Virus record (IMG/VR): IMGVR_UViG_3300036985_002246
Span: 135,476-199,475 of that record
Length of the DNA: 64,000 nt
Direction: 5' to 3' (one strand)
Source of the DNA: a virus
Made by a program: the position numbers and the translations under genes. The notes below the pieces were generated by a model. It was given only the letters and a program-made list of their open reading frames with translations. It did not search any database and was not told the DNA's origin. The number at the start of each line of letters is the position of its first letter. The first letter of the stretch is position 1. This document shows positions 63,073 to 64,000 of the stretch, one piece after another.

Positions 63073-64000
63073 ATCAGCCAGGTCCGGCTCGGAAGCGATT
63101 GAGCCCGGCGCAGGCTGACTCGCCAAGTCTGGCACCGTGGTGTCAGTGCCTTCTGTGGCGTCGGTACCTTCTGCGGTCGGCTGTGTTGGAGCCGAAGGGT
63201 CAGGGCACCCTGCGTGACCTGGACGGCACCAGAAACGGTTCGCCGTTGGGCCTGTCTCGAAGGGGACCAGTCCACGAGCCTCGGCGATATGATCGTCGCA
63301 AGCTCCAGCCGCGTCTTCACAGCGACCACCCCAAGCAATGATCGGGGCACCCGCATAGGGGCCAAGGTGGTGTCCAGCGAGCAGTTGGCGGGTGAGAGCT
63401 TGGATTGCAAGCCACCTAGGCAGGTAGTCACGCTCCCAGTTCAGGTCCGCACGGAAGCCAGCAGGGCGGGTGTTTTCCAGATTGAGGTTGACGATCCACC
63501 TTGTCCTCGGGGAACGGGGCACCCACTGCTCAGTGACGTAGTGGGTGTGGCGGCGTAGTGCGCCCATGAGGGTCTCCCCTCGTGCCCGCGTCTGTCGGAC
63601 CACCTGGTAGATCAGTGGGCAGTCAAGCTCGGCTCGGTTCTGGTCGGGGGCGGGGTCACACGCGGCTTCGCCTGGATCGCAGGGGTTGTGGATCCAGTTG
63701 GCCTCGCTCACACACAGGCGAGAGAAGACCAGCACCGTTGTGTCAAGCAACTCGGGGTCCCGTCGGAGGTTGTTGATCTCAGGCCATGACGGGCTGTACA
63801 ACCTGCCGAACGCCCTCCGCTCCTCGGGGTCAGTGCTGTCGTACCCAGGGTAGAAGCTGGGCGCAGACGTGACACGGGTCGCACGGTGCATACCACGCAT
63901 CATGGTCGCGAGGCTGATACTCGCGACCTCGACGGGTGCTGCGGCGACGGGTGCTGCGACCTCGACGGGCCTTGCAGCAGGAGGAGACACCCTAGGCGTC
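63052..64000 (-). CDS. Convergent hypothetical protein, open past the window end; possibly cell-wall-hydrolase-like
   Basis: No in-frame stop between 63990 and 64000; RLCVSEA...DCPLI...AWGG; Cys-rich. Confidence 0.6.
   Translation of the reverse strand, partial: TPRVSPPAARPVEVAAPVAAAPVEVASISLATMMRGMHRATRVTSAPSFYPGYDSTDPEERRAFGRLYSPSWPEINNLRRDPELLDTTVLVFSRLCVSEANWIHNPCDPGEAACDPAPDQNRAELDCPLIYQVVRQTRARGETLMGALRRHTHYVTEQWVPRSPRTRWIVNLNLENTRPAGFRADLNWERDYLPRWLAIQALTRQLLAGHHLGPYAGAPIIAWGGRCEDAAGACDDHIAEARGLVPFETGPTANRFWCRPGHAGCPDPSAPTQPTAEGTDATEGTDTTVPDLASQPAPGSIASEPDLADSADPAS

Overview
A 64-kb, GC-rich, almost entirely plus-strand segment of a large contractile-tailed phage (myovirus), probably infecting a myxobacterium (host is inferred). 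Layout: (1) 1-19.9 kb, putative head/virion accessory proteins, fibre proteins and a patatin phospholipase; (2) 19.9-42.6 kb, head-tail connector (neck) genes split by a ~13.6-kb accessory island (thaumatin-like lipoprotein, HExxH metallopeptidase, divergent small genes, myxobacterial-style lipoproteins, P-loop kinase, RNA ligase, large vWA protein, methyltransferase-like protein, thermonuclease), with three free-standing endonucleases and an actin-fold ATPase; (3) 42.7-63.1 kb, a contractile tail module (1768-aa sheath, tube, chaperones, tape measure, two tube-initiator-like proteins, 1779-aa hub carrying a muramidase). No capsid, portal, terminase, tRNA or CRISPR array was recognised. Main observations read directly from the sequence: a ~25-aa peptide (LRxKxIRLAHxxPELRAxxLPLLK) fused to four unrelated proteins; five copies of a bipartite promoter-like motif with an exact 19-nt spacer heading island cassettes; a highly symmetric three-way-junction element (30480-30588) just upstream of the vWA gene; a ~120-aa domain shared by three structural proteins; an apparent ATT start codon; and apparent synonymous avoidance of CATC/GATG. 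All family assignments come from motif recognition by eye, not database searches.
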